Positions 24,996 through 36,861 of a DNA stretch of 64,000 nt are shown piece by piece. The notes beneath the pieces are model-generated. The model ran no database searches. It saw only the letters and a list, made by a program, of their open reading frames with translations, and was not told where the DNA came from. The translations under genes were made by a program, and so were the position numbers. The DNA is from Histomonas meleagridis 2922-C6/04-290x (Eukaryota > Protista > Parabasalia): positions 1 to 64,000 of the forward strand of contig JAANOX010000190.1 of the NCBI GenBank assembly GCA_020184695.1, given 5' to 3'. Positions within the stretch are counted from its first letter, which is position 1. Every line of letters begins with the position of its first letter.

Positions 24996-25973
24996 TCAAT
25001 CGAAAGTTGGTACAAACATGTAGCTCTCTTCTGGGGGCCTTTCATCATTTGACCGGCTTGGCGGTTCTAACGAAGTGTATGTTTCATTTGGTTTCAAATC
25101 GTATGGATTTTGTTGATCGAATGATGTATAAGTTTGTGTTGGCGGAATGTATGTTTGTTGTGGCTCCGGTGGAATGTATGTTTGTTGTGGCTCAGGTGGA
25201 GCATATGTTTCTTGTTGAGGAATGTATGCATTCGTTGATACTTCAGTGGGTGGTGGTTGGTAGCTTGCATATTGAGGGGGTTGTTCTTGTGGTTGCATTT
25301 GTTGCTCATTTGTTGTTTGTGATTGATCTGGTATTGTTGCAACAATTGGATTTTCGGAACAGAGTGCTTTGATAGCTTTGTTATCCTCAAGAATTTGAGT
25401 CATTGTGGCACGCATCTCTTTGGCTAAGAACGTGTAAGCGTGTTTAAGTCTTCTGCTTTTGAATTTCGAAAAGCGGTCTTGAATAACAAGAAGTTCTTCA
25501 TCTTTCTTGATCGCTTCTGCAAGTACATTGGCTTTCTTTTCTTTGTCTTTGGCAAGTTCGGCTTCAGCTTTGATTCTTTTAGAAGATCCTTTTTCTGATA
25601 GAATGCGAACTTCCTCCTTTTGCTTTTCATACTTTGTGCACCGCTCTTTGTAGTGGTTCCTGGCTTCGATTGATGCCATTGAAGCTCTATAAAGAACTGT
25701 GAAACGTGCTGCAATATCATTGAAATCTTCTGCCATTCTTTCATAAGCATCAATAAACCTTTCTTCACTGTTTATGGAGCTATAAAACCTTTCTGTTATT
25801 TGTTTCATCCTTGGAGAAAATTCTGGAACTTCATGTTCAACAATCAACTCAAGGTTATTCATGAATTTTCGATAATGTTTGATTTCTCTTCGATAGTGTT
25901 TTACCTCGCTTCTTGCATTTTCGACAACAGAATTGATGTTAGCGAGGATTTTCTTTTTGGATACGCTTGACAT
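24996..25973 (-). CDS. Helical (BAR/Vps5-like) coiled-coil protein with a Pro/Gln/Tyr-rich tail
   Basis: Likely start MSSVSKK at 25973 after an Inr-like TCATTT; long amphipathic helices, then (Y)IPPEPQQT repeats. Confidence 0.6.
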   Translation of the reverse strand: MSSVSKKKILANINSVVENARSEVKHYRREIKHYRKFMNNLELIVEHEVPEFSPRMKQITERFYSSINSEERFIDAYERMAEDFNDIAARFTVLYRASMASIEARNHYKERCTKYEKQKEEVRILSEKGSSKRIKAEAELAKDKEKKANVLAEAIKKDEELLVIQDRFSKFKSRRLKHAYTFLAKEMRATMTQILEDNKAIKALCSENPIVATIPDQSQTTNEQQMQPQEQPPQYASYQPPPTEVSTNAYIPQQETYAPPEPQQTYIPPEPQQTYIPPTQTYTSFDQQNPYDLKPNETYTSLEPPSRSNDERPPEESYMFVPTFD

Positions 25974-26569
25974 TGAAATGATGATCACTTTTGTATATTT
26001 TACAAATGTAATGCGAACCACCAAAGGAATGGTGATAAAGAAAAGTGACAAATTAGTTTCATGATTTGATTTAAAGAACTTAAATATTTAAAACATTTAA
26101 TCGAGCCAAAAATGCACGATAATCAAGTAATGAAACATGTTCATGATTAACTCCTTCTTTTACATATTGCATACGAAGCTTCCAATTATCTTTTGATAAT
26201 TCATCAAGTGCTGAGATGAATTCCCCAATGAGTTTTGGTCTTGAAAATTTGTTCATTAATTTGTTTATTTCTTCTTTTGTTTTATATTTAGAAAAATATA
26301 ATGTGTTCATGTTCTTTACTGAAGATGGTTCAAGTATTTCTTCTTCTATCATCCTTTCAAGAAGAAAATGTGATTGCATTTCTATTCTCAGTAAATATTC
26401 ACAAAATATTAGAACAAGATTAGCTTCAGCTTCACTAATGCTTTTACCTTTTTCATCTTCTTTTTCTTTTGAAGTTAATATATATTTAATATATATATTT
26501 ATTTTCATTATTTGATTGAGAAATAAAAGCTGAATAGATAAGTCTAGAAACAAGATAGTTAAATTTATA

Positions 26570-27866
26570 TAGGGTGTCCGGATAAATTTTAGTATCAGCG
26601 TTTGTGCTGAATAATATTTTCTAAAATTTTAAATATAAATACATTAAATGTATGTGATATTTTATTTTAAATATTGGATCTTATTTTTATTTGGTTCATG
26701 AGTTATAGTAAAAAAAATGATACAAAATCCGTTTATTTTTAAAATACGTTTAAAATTTCATTTTTAAAATGAGTGATCATATGAAACATCTCGTCATATA
26801 TTGGTACAGCAAAAATTTGAAGCCAAATGATATATATATAAAATGTTGTAAAAACTTTGGTGAAAATAATGTTCACTATAGCACAATAACAGATTGGTGT
26901 AGAAAATTATTATTAGGCCAAAACATTCTGGTAATAAAAACTGGCAGCGGTTTATCTACAGATAATTTTATTGACCCTTTAATTTGTGATCAATTAGTAC
27001 AAATGCCATTTCACAGTGTCAGAACATTGAGCACAACTTTAAAAATCCCAAAAAGTACAATCCATGATCATCTCCGCAAAATGGGATTTGTTGTGAAGCA
27101 TTTAAGGTTCGTTCCCCACACACTTTCTTATGAACAAAAATTACAACGTATTGATAAGTCAAAACAACTTTTGGAAATTATTCAACAGGCACGTCACCAA
27201 TCTTGGAAGTTCTTCTTGACAGGTGATGGGAGCTGGTTTTATTTTACAGAAGATTTTGAAATTCAATGGCTCCAGCCTGATCAAAAACCTTTTACAAGAC
27301 CTAGAAGAATTATTTCAACACCAAAAAGAATGCTAACGGTTTTTTGGTCTCCTTTGGGATTTAGAATAGTTGAGATGTTACCTTATGGTAATTAATTTAA
27401 TAGGTCTTACTTTACTGAATCTATTCTAAAGAAAATTGTTAAAACAAATCCTCAGCAAAAGGAAGGGCGGCCGAAAAGAAAAGTTGTGATGCATATGGAC
27501 AATGCGACACCTCATCGGTCAAGGGAAACCAAGAAGTTTGCCATCAAAAATGGGTTATCTTTATGCCCTCATCCAGCATTTTCGCCAGATTTAGCACCAT
27601 CAGACTTTTATCTTTTTGGTAAAGTTAAAAATGAATTAAAAGGTTCAGGGTTTGTCTCAGAAGATGAACTTTTTGAGGCAATTAAGTCAATATTGGAGAA
27701 GATCACAAGAGATGAACTTGAATCCGTCTTTAGAGAATGGGAAAGGAGACTCCAAGCCTGTATTGATAATGGGGGTGATTACATTGAGTAAAGTTTACTT
27801 TACTATAAAAATTTTGTTTGTAGCATTTTCTGATATTAAGATACTAAAATTTTTCCGGACACCCTA
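26570..27866 (+). mobile_element. Tc1/mariner (D,D34D) DNA transposon, 1297 bp
   Basis: 27-nt TIRs TAGGGTGTCCGGA(T/A)AAATTTTAGTATC at 26570-26596 and 27840-27866 (1 mismatch); TA target duplication at 26568-69 and 27867-68. Confidence 0.95.
26769..27791 (+). pseudogene. Mariner transposase with a single in-frame TAA (27393-27395)
   Basis: FVPHTL, FLTGDGSW, HMDNATPH, HPAFSPDLAPSDFYLF; 34 residues between the last two Asp; both ORF halves are in the same frame. Confidence 0.92.
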
Positions 27867-28692
27867 TATGTCAGCCTACCTACAAATAAATTATTTGTTG
27901 CTTGAACTGATTGATCGAAATTTTTTTCGTTGAGATTGAGATTGATTCTAATGATTTCGAAAGTTCCATTAACAAAATAATGTTTCTTGGTGTAGCAATT
28001 AATTGCAAGCAGAGCACTTTTAATGTAGCTACCGTAGATATATAAAAATCTTTTATGTCTACTGCTCTTTAATGTAGCTACAGCTGCTCGATATATCATG
28101 CAACCTCGATGATTTATCATCACTTCAGCAGTTTTGCTAATTCTCGTTACCATTTTGAATTTTTTCGTAGCCGTCTCGAAGGTGCTGTAAAAGCATTTTT
28201 AAAATTTATATATAGAATAAAAAATTTACAGATCATTCTCGAAGAAATGATAACGCAACATCTTCCCAAAAAGCGAATGTAAAAGATTAAAACCTTAACC
28301 TCGCCGCGTTCTTTGCGTGGAATGGCCTATAGCCATGATCACATTCTTCAATTTTCAGCAATTTGTTTGTATTCATGTAGACCACCCATACAAATTATGC
28401 CATCTTAATTGCACATACGTTCGACAATACCTTTTTGGGTTGTACCACTTAATAGCACTTAGTCATCATCCAATCTAACGAAATCGACGATCAAAAAAAC
28501 TTGAAACAAAAATAACGACACACCGGTGTGTGGTTCTGCAGAATTGGTAACATTAATAGAGGTGGTATTAGTACGAATTCAAGAATGTGCAATAAAACTT
28601 TGTAAAAAATCGAATTCCGTTTCTATATTTTATTGAAAAAGTGACATCAAATTCTTTCATCGTATTAGGGCACCCTATTTTGCATACTGGGG

Positions 28693-31600
28693 ATGGAAGA
28701 AGAAGACAGAACAAATATTTTTTCAGCAGTATTCTCACGATATGTGGAAAATTCAGGCCTTCATGTAATTTATGCACTAGCAGAATTCGAGAAAAAATCA
28801 GATACTAACGAAATCTCAAATAATCAAATCCTTGAATCAATCTTTGAATATTTTCCACGAAAGTTATCTTTTTATATAACAATGATTTCAGAAATTACAG
28901 ATATGTTTGCCTTTGGAAGTAATGAGGCTTTACAATATTTATCAAAAATCATTAAAGGTCTTCTTAAGGATTCCAGCAATACTCCTTTTTCAGAAATACA
29001 GGGCATGTCTCCAAGTTTTGATCCCCAAAATCGACATCACGTTTTACTTTTTTATTATTTTGCCATGTTTTTTGTTACAGATTTAATATGTCATATTGTT
29101 GCTAAGTGTGGACCTGGAAAATCTATTAGTTTTGTTTTACGCGCTGGTTATAACTTTTCAACATCTCAACATTATTTACCAAATCTTGGAATTAAAATTA
29201 TCCGTCAGTGGTCTGTTATTTATTCCATCCTTTCAGAAACTGATTTCCCTGCAGTTTCACAAATTTTTTCATTATTTGCAACTACAAATGATCTAACAAT
29301 ACCCTTTATTTTATATCGATTCATTCGTTTTGATTGTGACAATGGGTATGGCGTAGTATTTTTTGACCAAATAATAACAGCTTTTAAACAACTTATAAAG
29401 AAAAAAGCAGTGAATAATTTAATTTTAGAATCAATTGGTTCCATGATTTTAACACTTCCATATTCCGAAGAAACCTTCCAAAAGATCTATGCATTAATCC
29501 GTCCCTTAAAAAAAGAAAAGAATATTTCGGATGGTGTTTTAACTTTACGTTTATTATTATTATTTCGTCTTCCAAAAGGGGCATCCCAATTAAGCCGCTT
29601 TTTCCACACAAAAATTGTACCATATGCATCAGACAAGCAACATCTTGAAAACAGTATTTTTAACTTTTTTGTATTATTTCATGCACGAAATAGTGATCCC
29701 AGTAGTTTCTTTTGGGAATGGGGTCGAAATCCACGCGCATCCAAATTAAGTTATATCAAATCTAAATCAGTTATTGAATTTCCACAAGAAGATCCACGAT
29801 CATTAACATCATTATTTATGAACACGTTTTTTTTAAAATCGGATTTTTCAGTTTCACCTAATTTGTTTAAGAAAGTTTTAGTAATTTTAGCCGGGATTGA
29901 CTTTAAATATTTTACTAAAAACATATTACCGAAATTCATTGAATTAAATAATAGTGATCCACGATTCATTACCATGTTACGAATTATTCCATTAGTTAAT
30001 TCTGATGATTTTGTTTCTAATGCATTTCAACCAGTTACAAAAGAACAACAACAAGAATTTAACTTAGCGATAAAACCAAAAGTTAAATTATGTTTAAATG
30101 AATGTGAGAAAGAAATCACACAACAAAATTTAATATTTTTCCAAGATCCCGAATTAATGTTAACATCTTCTTCAAGAGAAGCAGATCAAAAGATTTCGTT
30201 GATATTAGAAGAATGGAATATTCATGAGTTTAGTGAACTTTTAGTTGATCATATTCAGAATGAACATTATGAAAATAATTTCACGTTAATTGGGAAATTA
30301 ATACCTTCTTTAATATATGTATTAGATCCAACTGATTTTTCGAATGTTTCATTAATGAAATTACTCATCGAACTTTGTAATCATAATAATCCTAACGTTG
30401 CTTTAACATCATATGACATATGTAGAAATATTTTACCAAAACTTCCAAATGTTAAAAATTATTTGGAAGTGATAATTAAATTATCAATGAAGATTATGGC
30501 GCCTGAAAGTTTCTTAACAAAATTATCATTAATATATTATTCATTAAAAATAACAAAAGAAACTTTGCCGATAGAACTATTATATGATTTAGAATTTTAT
30601 TCTTTTTGTTGTTTTAGTTCAATATATCCAAATACAAGAAATTTGAGTTATAATATTTTAATTAAAATTAATGAGTTACTGAACTCTAAAGGTTTAATAT
30701 CAATCATTTTACCTAAAAAGAAAATCTTGGAAAGAATTGTGAAAGTTCGTTTGTTTAGTATAATAAATATAAATAATTTTGAACAAAAAAAATTTCCACA
30801 AGGTGAAATACCTTTAGAAATAGCAATTTTAACACATTTTTATGATTTATGGTTATATATATTAGCTGAGATTTTTAACATATTAATTTTTTCCAATTAT
30901 ACACCAATATTAAGTCGATTTGATAAATATAAAGATTTGATATTAAAAGTTTGTTTAGATGATAAATCAGAATCAAAAACTTCATTAATTGGAATGTTAA
31001 TATTAGTCATTAATTCACAATTTTATAAAGCGTTTATATTAGACTGTAAATTCATTGATAATTTCGAACAATTCGAACCATTTGATTCGAATTATATTGA
31101 TAATCGAGGATTTGCTTGTAATGCATTTCATTCTTTATTAACATCTGGATATGAAGTTAATCAACGAATTGCATTTACTGCATTATCACATTTACATTTT
31201 TCATTATTAGGTGCAATGATTGATGTTTTATCTGATTTACCAAATGAAAATATACCTGAAGCTACACATATATTAACGAAATTAATACAAACACCAGAAT
31301 TACAAAAGCAATTCTTTAAACATAATATTCCACGATTTGTAAGTTTTTTAAACTCATTACATTATTATATAACTAAAACTAAATTAAATAATTTCCGTAT
31401 TAAATCTTGGACTAAAGATGAAGAAATTCATTTGTTTCATAATTTAACATTTATACAAGATTATTGTAATATTATGTTAATAGTATTTAGTTCTTATACT
31501 GGTGTAATACCAGAAGAATCATGGCCAATTAATTCGAGACGTGCAATTTTTCGATTTTTATTAAATTGGGGATTAACTGAATCTAAATCATTACAAGTAT

Positions 31601-34038
31601 TACGTGATGAAGTAGAAATAGCTTTAATAATGATATCTAATAAAGGTACTATATATAAAGAAGCGATTTTAGAAGATGATGTTTCATTAATATATTTTTC
31701 ACAGATAGAAATGAAAGGGAAAAACATAATGGCAAATTTATTACAATATAATTTCGAAGCATTATTTAAGTTATATTTAAATGGAGTATTTACTCAACAA
31801 ACAGTTTATTCATTATATATCTTAAATGCAATAATTAAAGGTTCGAATTTTAATAATAATTCTAATTTAATTATTCCGAATTTTGGTTATTTATTAATAT
31901 GTTTAGAAATACATTCGTTACATAATAATAATCAATTCTCAAAATCTTTTATCGAAAAGTTATATAAGTTTTTAATAAATACTGATTATATGAATAAAGA
32001 TGAATTAATTGATTTAAATCAAACTCCTTCGAATTTATTTCCTTTTGCTACAGAAGCAGTTTTTTCTGCAGCGTTTAACATAATAAAAAATCCTCATAAT
32101 ACATTAGTAAAAGATGTTTTAATAATATTATTACATTGGTGTAAAAACATTCGTTTATTACCAATGAATTTACAATGTACGCAAAACATATTTAAAGAAT
32201 TTAATTATTTCACTCCATATCAATTCTTAAGTAATTTAATGGAAGTGACTGAGAAATTAGAACCCGAATTATTCTCTGATATATTTAATATCTGGATCGA
32301 ATTATTACAAAGTCCTGATCATAATGATATTATACCAGTATTTATAAACAATTGTTGGATTAATCCTGAAACTAAAGCACAATTCATATCAGCAAATACT
32401 AAATTAAATCCAATCGATTTAGCAAAACGACTTTTCACACATTTATCATTTTCTTATTATTATTATATTACTCAATGTCGGAAACAATCATTTGAACAAG
32501 AAGTTAATTATGTCTATAATTTCATCCCAATGTTAAAAGATTATTTCAAAGATATCTTAAAAGAAATGCCACAAATTTTACATTTTGTTATTCTTTATCG
32601 TGATAAGAAAAGTAAACAACTTGCTGAATTAATATGGAATGTATATAACATCGATGTAAATATTCATGGTCCTGCAATTCCTAAACAACATTTCCGTAAA
32701 ATCATTGATCAAATAATTATGAAACTTGGAGGTAAAGATTCGCAAATAGTTATCGATTGGGGTAATGAAGCACTTAAATGGGTATTCGGTTGTCCTGAAT
32801 TAGAGAAAAGTTTAATATCATTACATGTATATAATCATATCTTTAACCCTTTTGATGAAAACTTACCAAATAATATCATGAAAATAGTCTCTTATCATAT
32901 CGAAAAGAACTCTAAAGAAACTTCATTGTTATGTGAATTCATTATCGAAACATTTTATTTGTTCATGAAACATCCGAAAATTGATTTTAATTTCTCATTA
33001 AAATATCATCGAATTTTCCTCGACTCGAAACTTCTCTTCAAGTCGATTAGAAAAGCAACGCCTTTCTTTATCGAACTATATAATAATATAAACTCTGTGA
33101 AAAGATTTCCACGTGAATTTATTATTCCAATTGTTCGTCCTTTAATTCCACATATCGAAACAAATAAAGAAACTCAACAATTCATTGATATGTTAATATC
33201 TGTCTTTAAAGTTAATGAATTAATGTTATTATCTTTACCTATAAAAATTAATTTCCCTGAATCATTTCCTTCTTGTCCAAGCTTCGAAGTAGTATTTGAA
33301 CAATCTACTGAAAGTGAATTATGTAATGTGTTATCTTATTATTCTGATATGTGCGTCAAATCTTCAACACAAGTAATGAATTCGATATTTAATATATCAA
33401 CAAAAATATTTATAAAAATAGAAAATAATAGTAACTTATTATTCTCATTGACTAAAATTTATCATTGCGCATTAAGATCAATTTTTAAATGTCCCGAAGC
33501 AAATGGATTTATTAAAATTATTTGTAAGAAACAACCAAGTGTATCAAGTTGTAATATCGGAGACTTTAGTAAATGGGCACGATCGCTGGAGGACGTTAAC
33601 CGATCGTTAAAATTGTTAATCAAAAATAACGAGGGAAATTCACCGACGATAACAGATTGTAAATCGTACCTATCGGTCACGAATTTTTTGTTCATGAAAA
33701 CACCACCAAAAATTATACCTTATTCTACACAATATGATATGATTGAGAGTATGAAGAAAATTACGGCTGTAAGAGGCGTAAAAAAGAGATTGAGAAAAAG
33801 TAATAGGAAATCAAAATCTGTTGCATTTTACGCTAATTTCGCAAACTCTTTGTCAATTGTATTCACTGAAACAACAGCGAAAAAGGAAATTAAGGAAATG
33901 GGTCCACTGTTACATCCAAAGGCACTCGTGTTTAAGCCAGAAATGTTGGTGATGGCACCGGAAAGAAGAAGAAAGCCATCATCGCATGAGTTTTTGGGCA
34001 TGCGTCACTCTTCATCGGTACATTTTGTTCAGAAATAA
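28693..34038 (+). CDS. Large alpha-solenoid (HEAT/ARM-like) protein, 1781 aa; possibly Furry/MOR2-like
   Basis: Uninterrupted ORF with helical hydrophobic periodicity; the family assignment is tentative. Confidence 0.7.
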   Translation: MEEEDRTNIFSAVFSRYVENSGLHVIYALAEFEKKSDTNEISNNQILESIFEYFPRKLSFYITMISEITDMFAFGSNEALQYLSKIIKGLLKDSSNTPFSEIQGMSPSFDPQNRHHVLLFYYFAMFFVTDLICHIVAKCGPGKSISFVLRAGYNFSTSQHYLPNLGIKIIRQWSVIYSILSETDFPAVSQIFSLFATTNDLTIPFILYRFIRFDCDNGYGVVFFDQIITAFKQLIKKKAVNNLILESIGSMILTLPYSEETFQKIYALIRPLKKEKNISDGVLTLRLLLLFRLPKGASQLSRFFHTKIVPYASDKQHLENSIFNFFVLFHARNSDPSSFFWEWGRNPRASKLSYIKSKSVIEFPQEDPRSLTSLFMNTFFLKSDFSVSPNLFKKVLVILAGIDFKYFTKNILPKFIELNNSDPRFITMLRIIPLVNSDDFVSNAFQPVTKEQQQEFNLAIKPKVKLCLNECEKEITQQNLIFFQDPELMLTSSSREADQKISLILEEWNIHEFSELLVDHIQNEHYENNFTLIGKLIPSLIYVLDPTDFSNVSLMKLLIELCNHNNPNVALTSYDICRNILPKLPNVKNYLEVIIKLSMKIMAPESFLTKLSLIYYSLKITKETLPIELLYDLEFYSFCCFSSIYPNTRNLSYNILIKINELLNSKGLISIILPKKKILERIVKVRLFSIININNFEQKKFPQGEIPLEIAILTHFYDLWLYILAEIFNILIFSNYTPILSRFDKYKDLILKVCLDDKSESKTSLIGMLILVINSQFYKAFILDCKFIDNFEQFEPFDSNYIDNRGFACNAFHSLLTSGYEVNQRIAFTALSHLHFSLLGAMIDVLSDLPNENIPEATHILTKLIQTPELQKQFFKHNIPRFVSFLNSLHYYITKTKLNNFRIKSWTKDEEIHLFHNLTFIQDYCNIMLIVFSSYTGVIPEESWPINSRRAIFRFLLNWGLTESKSLQVLRDEVEIALIMISNKGTIYKEAILEDDVSLIYFSQIEMKGKNIMANLLQYNFEALFKLYLNGVFTQQTVYSLYILNAIIKGSNFNNNSNLIIPNFGYLLICLEIHSLHNNNQFSKSFIEKLYKFLINTDYMNKDELIDLNQTPSNLFPFATEAVFSAAFNIIKNPHNTLVKDVLIILLHWCKNIRLLPMNLQCTQNIFKEFNYFTPYQFLSNLMEVTEKLEPELFSDIFNIWIELLQSPDHNDIIPVFINNCWINPETKAQFISANTKLNPIDLAKRLFTHLSFSYYYYITQCRKQSFEQEVNYVYNFIPMLKDYFKDILKEMPQILHFVILYRDKKSKQLAELIWNVYNIDVNIHGPAIPKQHFRKIIDQIIMKLGGKDSQIVIDWGNEALKWVFGCPELEKSLISLHVYNHIFNPFDENLPNNIMKIVSYHIEKNSKETSLLCEFIIETFYLFMKHPKIDFNFSLKYHRIFLDSKLLFKSIRKATPFFIELYNNINSVKRFPREFIIPIVRPLIPHIETNKETQQFIDMLISVFKVNELMLLSLPIKINFPESFPSCPSFEVVFEQSTESELCNVLSYYSDMCVKSSTQVMNSIFNISTKIFIKIENNSNLLFSLTKIYHCALRSIFKCPEANGFIKIICKKQPSVSSCNIGDFSKWARSLEDVNRSLKLLIKNNEGNSPTITDCKSYLSVTNFLFMKTPPKIIPYSTQYDMIESMKKITAVRGVKKRLRKSNRKSKSVAFYANFANSLSIVFTETTAKKEIKEMGPLLHPKALVFKPEMLVMAPERRRKPSSHEFLGMRHSSSVHFVQK

Positions 34039-34578
34039 ATGTTTAATATTAATAATTTTTTATTTTTGTATTAGTATAAAACAAGTATCCCCGAAGCATA
34101 AAAATACATAAAGTTGTTTTTAAGAATTTAAAAATGAAGTAAAACATAGACAATTATAATTATTTCATGAAATTTTATATGAAAAATATTTTTTTTTAAT
34201 CCATTTGTATAATTCTATAATTATTATATTATGATATTTTCATATAACTTGTTGTGTTCAAAAATTTTTTAAGATATAAAATATCTTATTGATTACATAT
34301 TCATACAGTCTGAAATGATAAAAACATATTAAATTTTGTCATTTATGATGCAGAAAATCTCGTTTATTAATGTGGACGGAATTATATGTATAAGAAGTTA
34401 GTAATATATGACATATATTACTGATATTGTTCAAAAAATGACAAATTGTATTTTTATACATATTTTTTTGTGCATAAAAACATTATTAATATATAATACA
34501 GTTAAAAGCATTTAATAAAACCAAACAAATTAACTGTATGTGTTCACTCATTTATTACAAATGTAAATCTTCAAACAT

Positions 34579-35325
34579 TTACTCATGTGTATCTGTTTTG
34601 ATTGGCTCGACTCCTTTCAGCATTATCTCCTCCGGCGACGTTGATATCTTTGTTTCCTCGTACTCTCTGCTTGGGTAAACTTTGGAGTTTCGATTGAAGC
34701 ATTTGACTCGAAGCGCGTGAGAAGGCTCAATCGGATGCACGTAGCCACACATTATCCCTTTGTCGCATCTTTTGTTCGGTGGGTTACATATAAGGGTGCT
34801 AAGGCGAACGCTGTCCCATAGAGATGTCTTGATCTTTCGACCGGCATAATACCTCCCATTGAGCTTCATGTGGGCAGCTAGAGCAGAATCTGCATCATCA
34901 AAACTGACCCAAACTGTTCCTGACAGAAATGAACGAAGATTTCCTGCAACTAATATATCTGTAATTTCACCAAATTGTCGCAATTCAAGATAGATATCAT
35001 AATAAAAGGCATCAAAAAGACGCTGCTTTTCTTCTTCTGTCTTAGGATTTTGCTGATTTAAATAACAATAAAAAACTTCGGGATTTGGATATAAATGATG
35101 GAGAATTAAAATGCGTGGAAATGCTGTTTTGATATGATAGCAAGGACAATAATCTCCATATGGACATACACCAAATTTATCGTATAATACACATGTCGGA
35201 TTTGTGCGATTTTGATTTCTTTCGTATGCCTTAAGTATGCCACGCATTCTGTTCTCTTCTAATTGTCCCTCTAATTCTTTGATTTTTTGTAGGTGCAAGT
35301 TTACTTTTGGATGGTTGGGGTTCAT
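34579..35325 (-). CDS. U2AF35/ZRSR-like splicing factor (CCCH - UHM/RRM - CCCH)
   Basis: CVLYDKFGVCPYGDYCPCYH, FYYDIYLELRQFG, SGTVWVSF, LNGRYYAGRKI, second CCCH-like finger CDKGIMCGYVH. Confidence 0.82.
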   Translation of the reverse strand: MNPNHPKVNLHLQKIKELEGQLEENRMRGILKAYERNQNRTNPTCVLYDKFGVCPYGDYCPCYHIKTAFPRILILHHLYPNPEVFYCYLNQQNPKTEEEKQRLFDAFYYDIYLELRQFGEITDILVAGNLRSFLSGTVWVSFDDADSALAAHMKLNGRYYAGRKIKTSLWDSVRLSTLICNPPNKRCDKGIMCGYVHPIEPSHALRVKCFNRNSKVYPSREYEETKISTSPEEIMLKGVEPIKTDTHE

Positions 35326-35527
35326 TTTGAAAATAAAGTATTCAATATAATCATATCGAACTGTTACAATTTTAAATGAAAATTAATTTCTGCAGTAGCT
35401 CGCAACCTCATGTATAAAAACACATATGAGAGAATCTCCCGATTTTAAAGAAAAGATGAGCTTTTATTCAATTTGAAATAATTGATGAAATCAATATTAT
35501 ATTTTTTATTAATTTATCATAATAAAC

Positions 35528-36094
35528 TTAGAAACTGAAGGGGTTTGGTCCGTTGTTCGCAACACAAAAATAGTCAAAAGGATCATTTGTATCCATGTAT
35601 CCATAAAAAATGTCATTTTCTGTACTTTCTGTATTTTCTGTGTTTTCTGTATTTTTTATGGGGCCAATTTCTGGAGCTTTGGGTTTGGGATGATTGCTGG
35701 ATGCTTGCGCAAGGTGTGATGGAAGAACATATTTTTTATCTCGATTTATATACTTATGCCAACGGTTTTTTATATTATTTCCACTCCTGCCTTTAAGAAA
35801 AGATGATATTTTAACCCACTTCGGACCAATTTCAAGGAATTTAGATATGATAATGTCATCTTCTTCTTTTGTCCAAGGTCTCTTTTCAACCTGATTTTTA
35901 AGCGTGTTGTTGTACCTATCGCGACATTGACGAGCGGTACGCTCAGGCAATTTTGATGCAATTTCTGCCCAATTAATTTTTTCGCCACAATTAACAAGCT
36001 CAAGTAATATTTTATCTTCTTCGGGTGTAAACCACTTTCTGTGGGGAGTTATTTTGTTATATTTATTTTGTAAAAAGGCGTTCGGCTGGTTCAT
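35528..36094 (-). CDS. R2R3 Myb-like DNA-binding protein
   Basis: FTPEEDKIL...NWAEIASKLPERTARQCRDRY and WTKEEDDII...GPKWVKISSFLKGRSGNNIKNRW; first ATG is at 36094. Confidence 0.93.
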   Translation of the reverse strand: MNQPNAFLQNKYNKITPHRKWFTPEEDKILLELVNCGEKINWAEIASKLPERTARQCRDRYNNTLKNQVEKRPWTKEEDDIIISKFLEIGPKWVKISSFLKGRSGNNIKNRWHKYINRDKKYVLPSHLAQASSNHPKPKAPEIGPIKNTENTENTESTENDIFYGYMDTNDPFDYFCVANNGPNPFSF

Positions 36095-36861
36095 CAAAGT
36101 GGAGCCAAGCGAATACAACCATTCTTAACTTTACACAAATTTTAACCTTTGAATCCCGCTAATTAAATACAAACCGTAACTGCTATTAAAAAGTTAAAAT
36201 GGCAATTCAAAAAGTGCTTTTTTTTGCTTTTGTCATTCAATTTTTCTAATAGTCAGCTTTACAGTTCGAAAAAATACAACTGAAATGGAATAGATGAACA
36301 ACTCAAGACAGAAAGTCTAAAGATACAAACTATTCAAACTCATATGAAAAATTGATTTTTCCGATGTTTTACCTCTCTAATATTAAAACTTATCATTAGA
36401 TTTAAATTTCTTCATTCATCCATATTACTTTATTTATATTTTGATGTGATTAAATGTGGTATGCTATATTATAGATCTACCTTCAGAATCCAATTATTGA
36501 ATGTTTGTTTTGATTTTCAGTTCCACAATCAGGTTGCAAAATTGCCTTTTAGAATGTTGGAGAGCTCAAAACCAGTGCTCTCTACAAAAATCAGCTCAAT
36601 GCTTCTCACAAATGTTCTCAAATGCTCATGAGCAACATTAATATGAGACACCTAATCACAAGCTCTTTTTATGATAATGATTTCACATTAGTAGTTTTTC
36701 TTCATGATTGGCCACTCAGCAAATTTCATATTTTCACTAATTTATTAAACCTGATTTCGGTCATTGTTCCAAATTCATTTAACAAAGAGAAAACAATTTG
36801 ATTTTACTCATAATAATTTGCAAATAAAGTAATAATAATAAATTGTTTTATACAAACAAAT

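Larger units (their letters stand above)
26080..28153 (-). pseudogene. DUF3447-type gene head (locus C) interrupted by a mariner, with frameshifts, a deletion and no ankyrin tail
   Basis: NLNLNEKNFDQSVQ (right of the element) and LDELSKDNWKLRMQYVKEGVN, VSLLDY (left of it) align with the heads of loci B and D. Confidence 0.8.
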
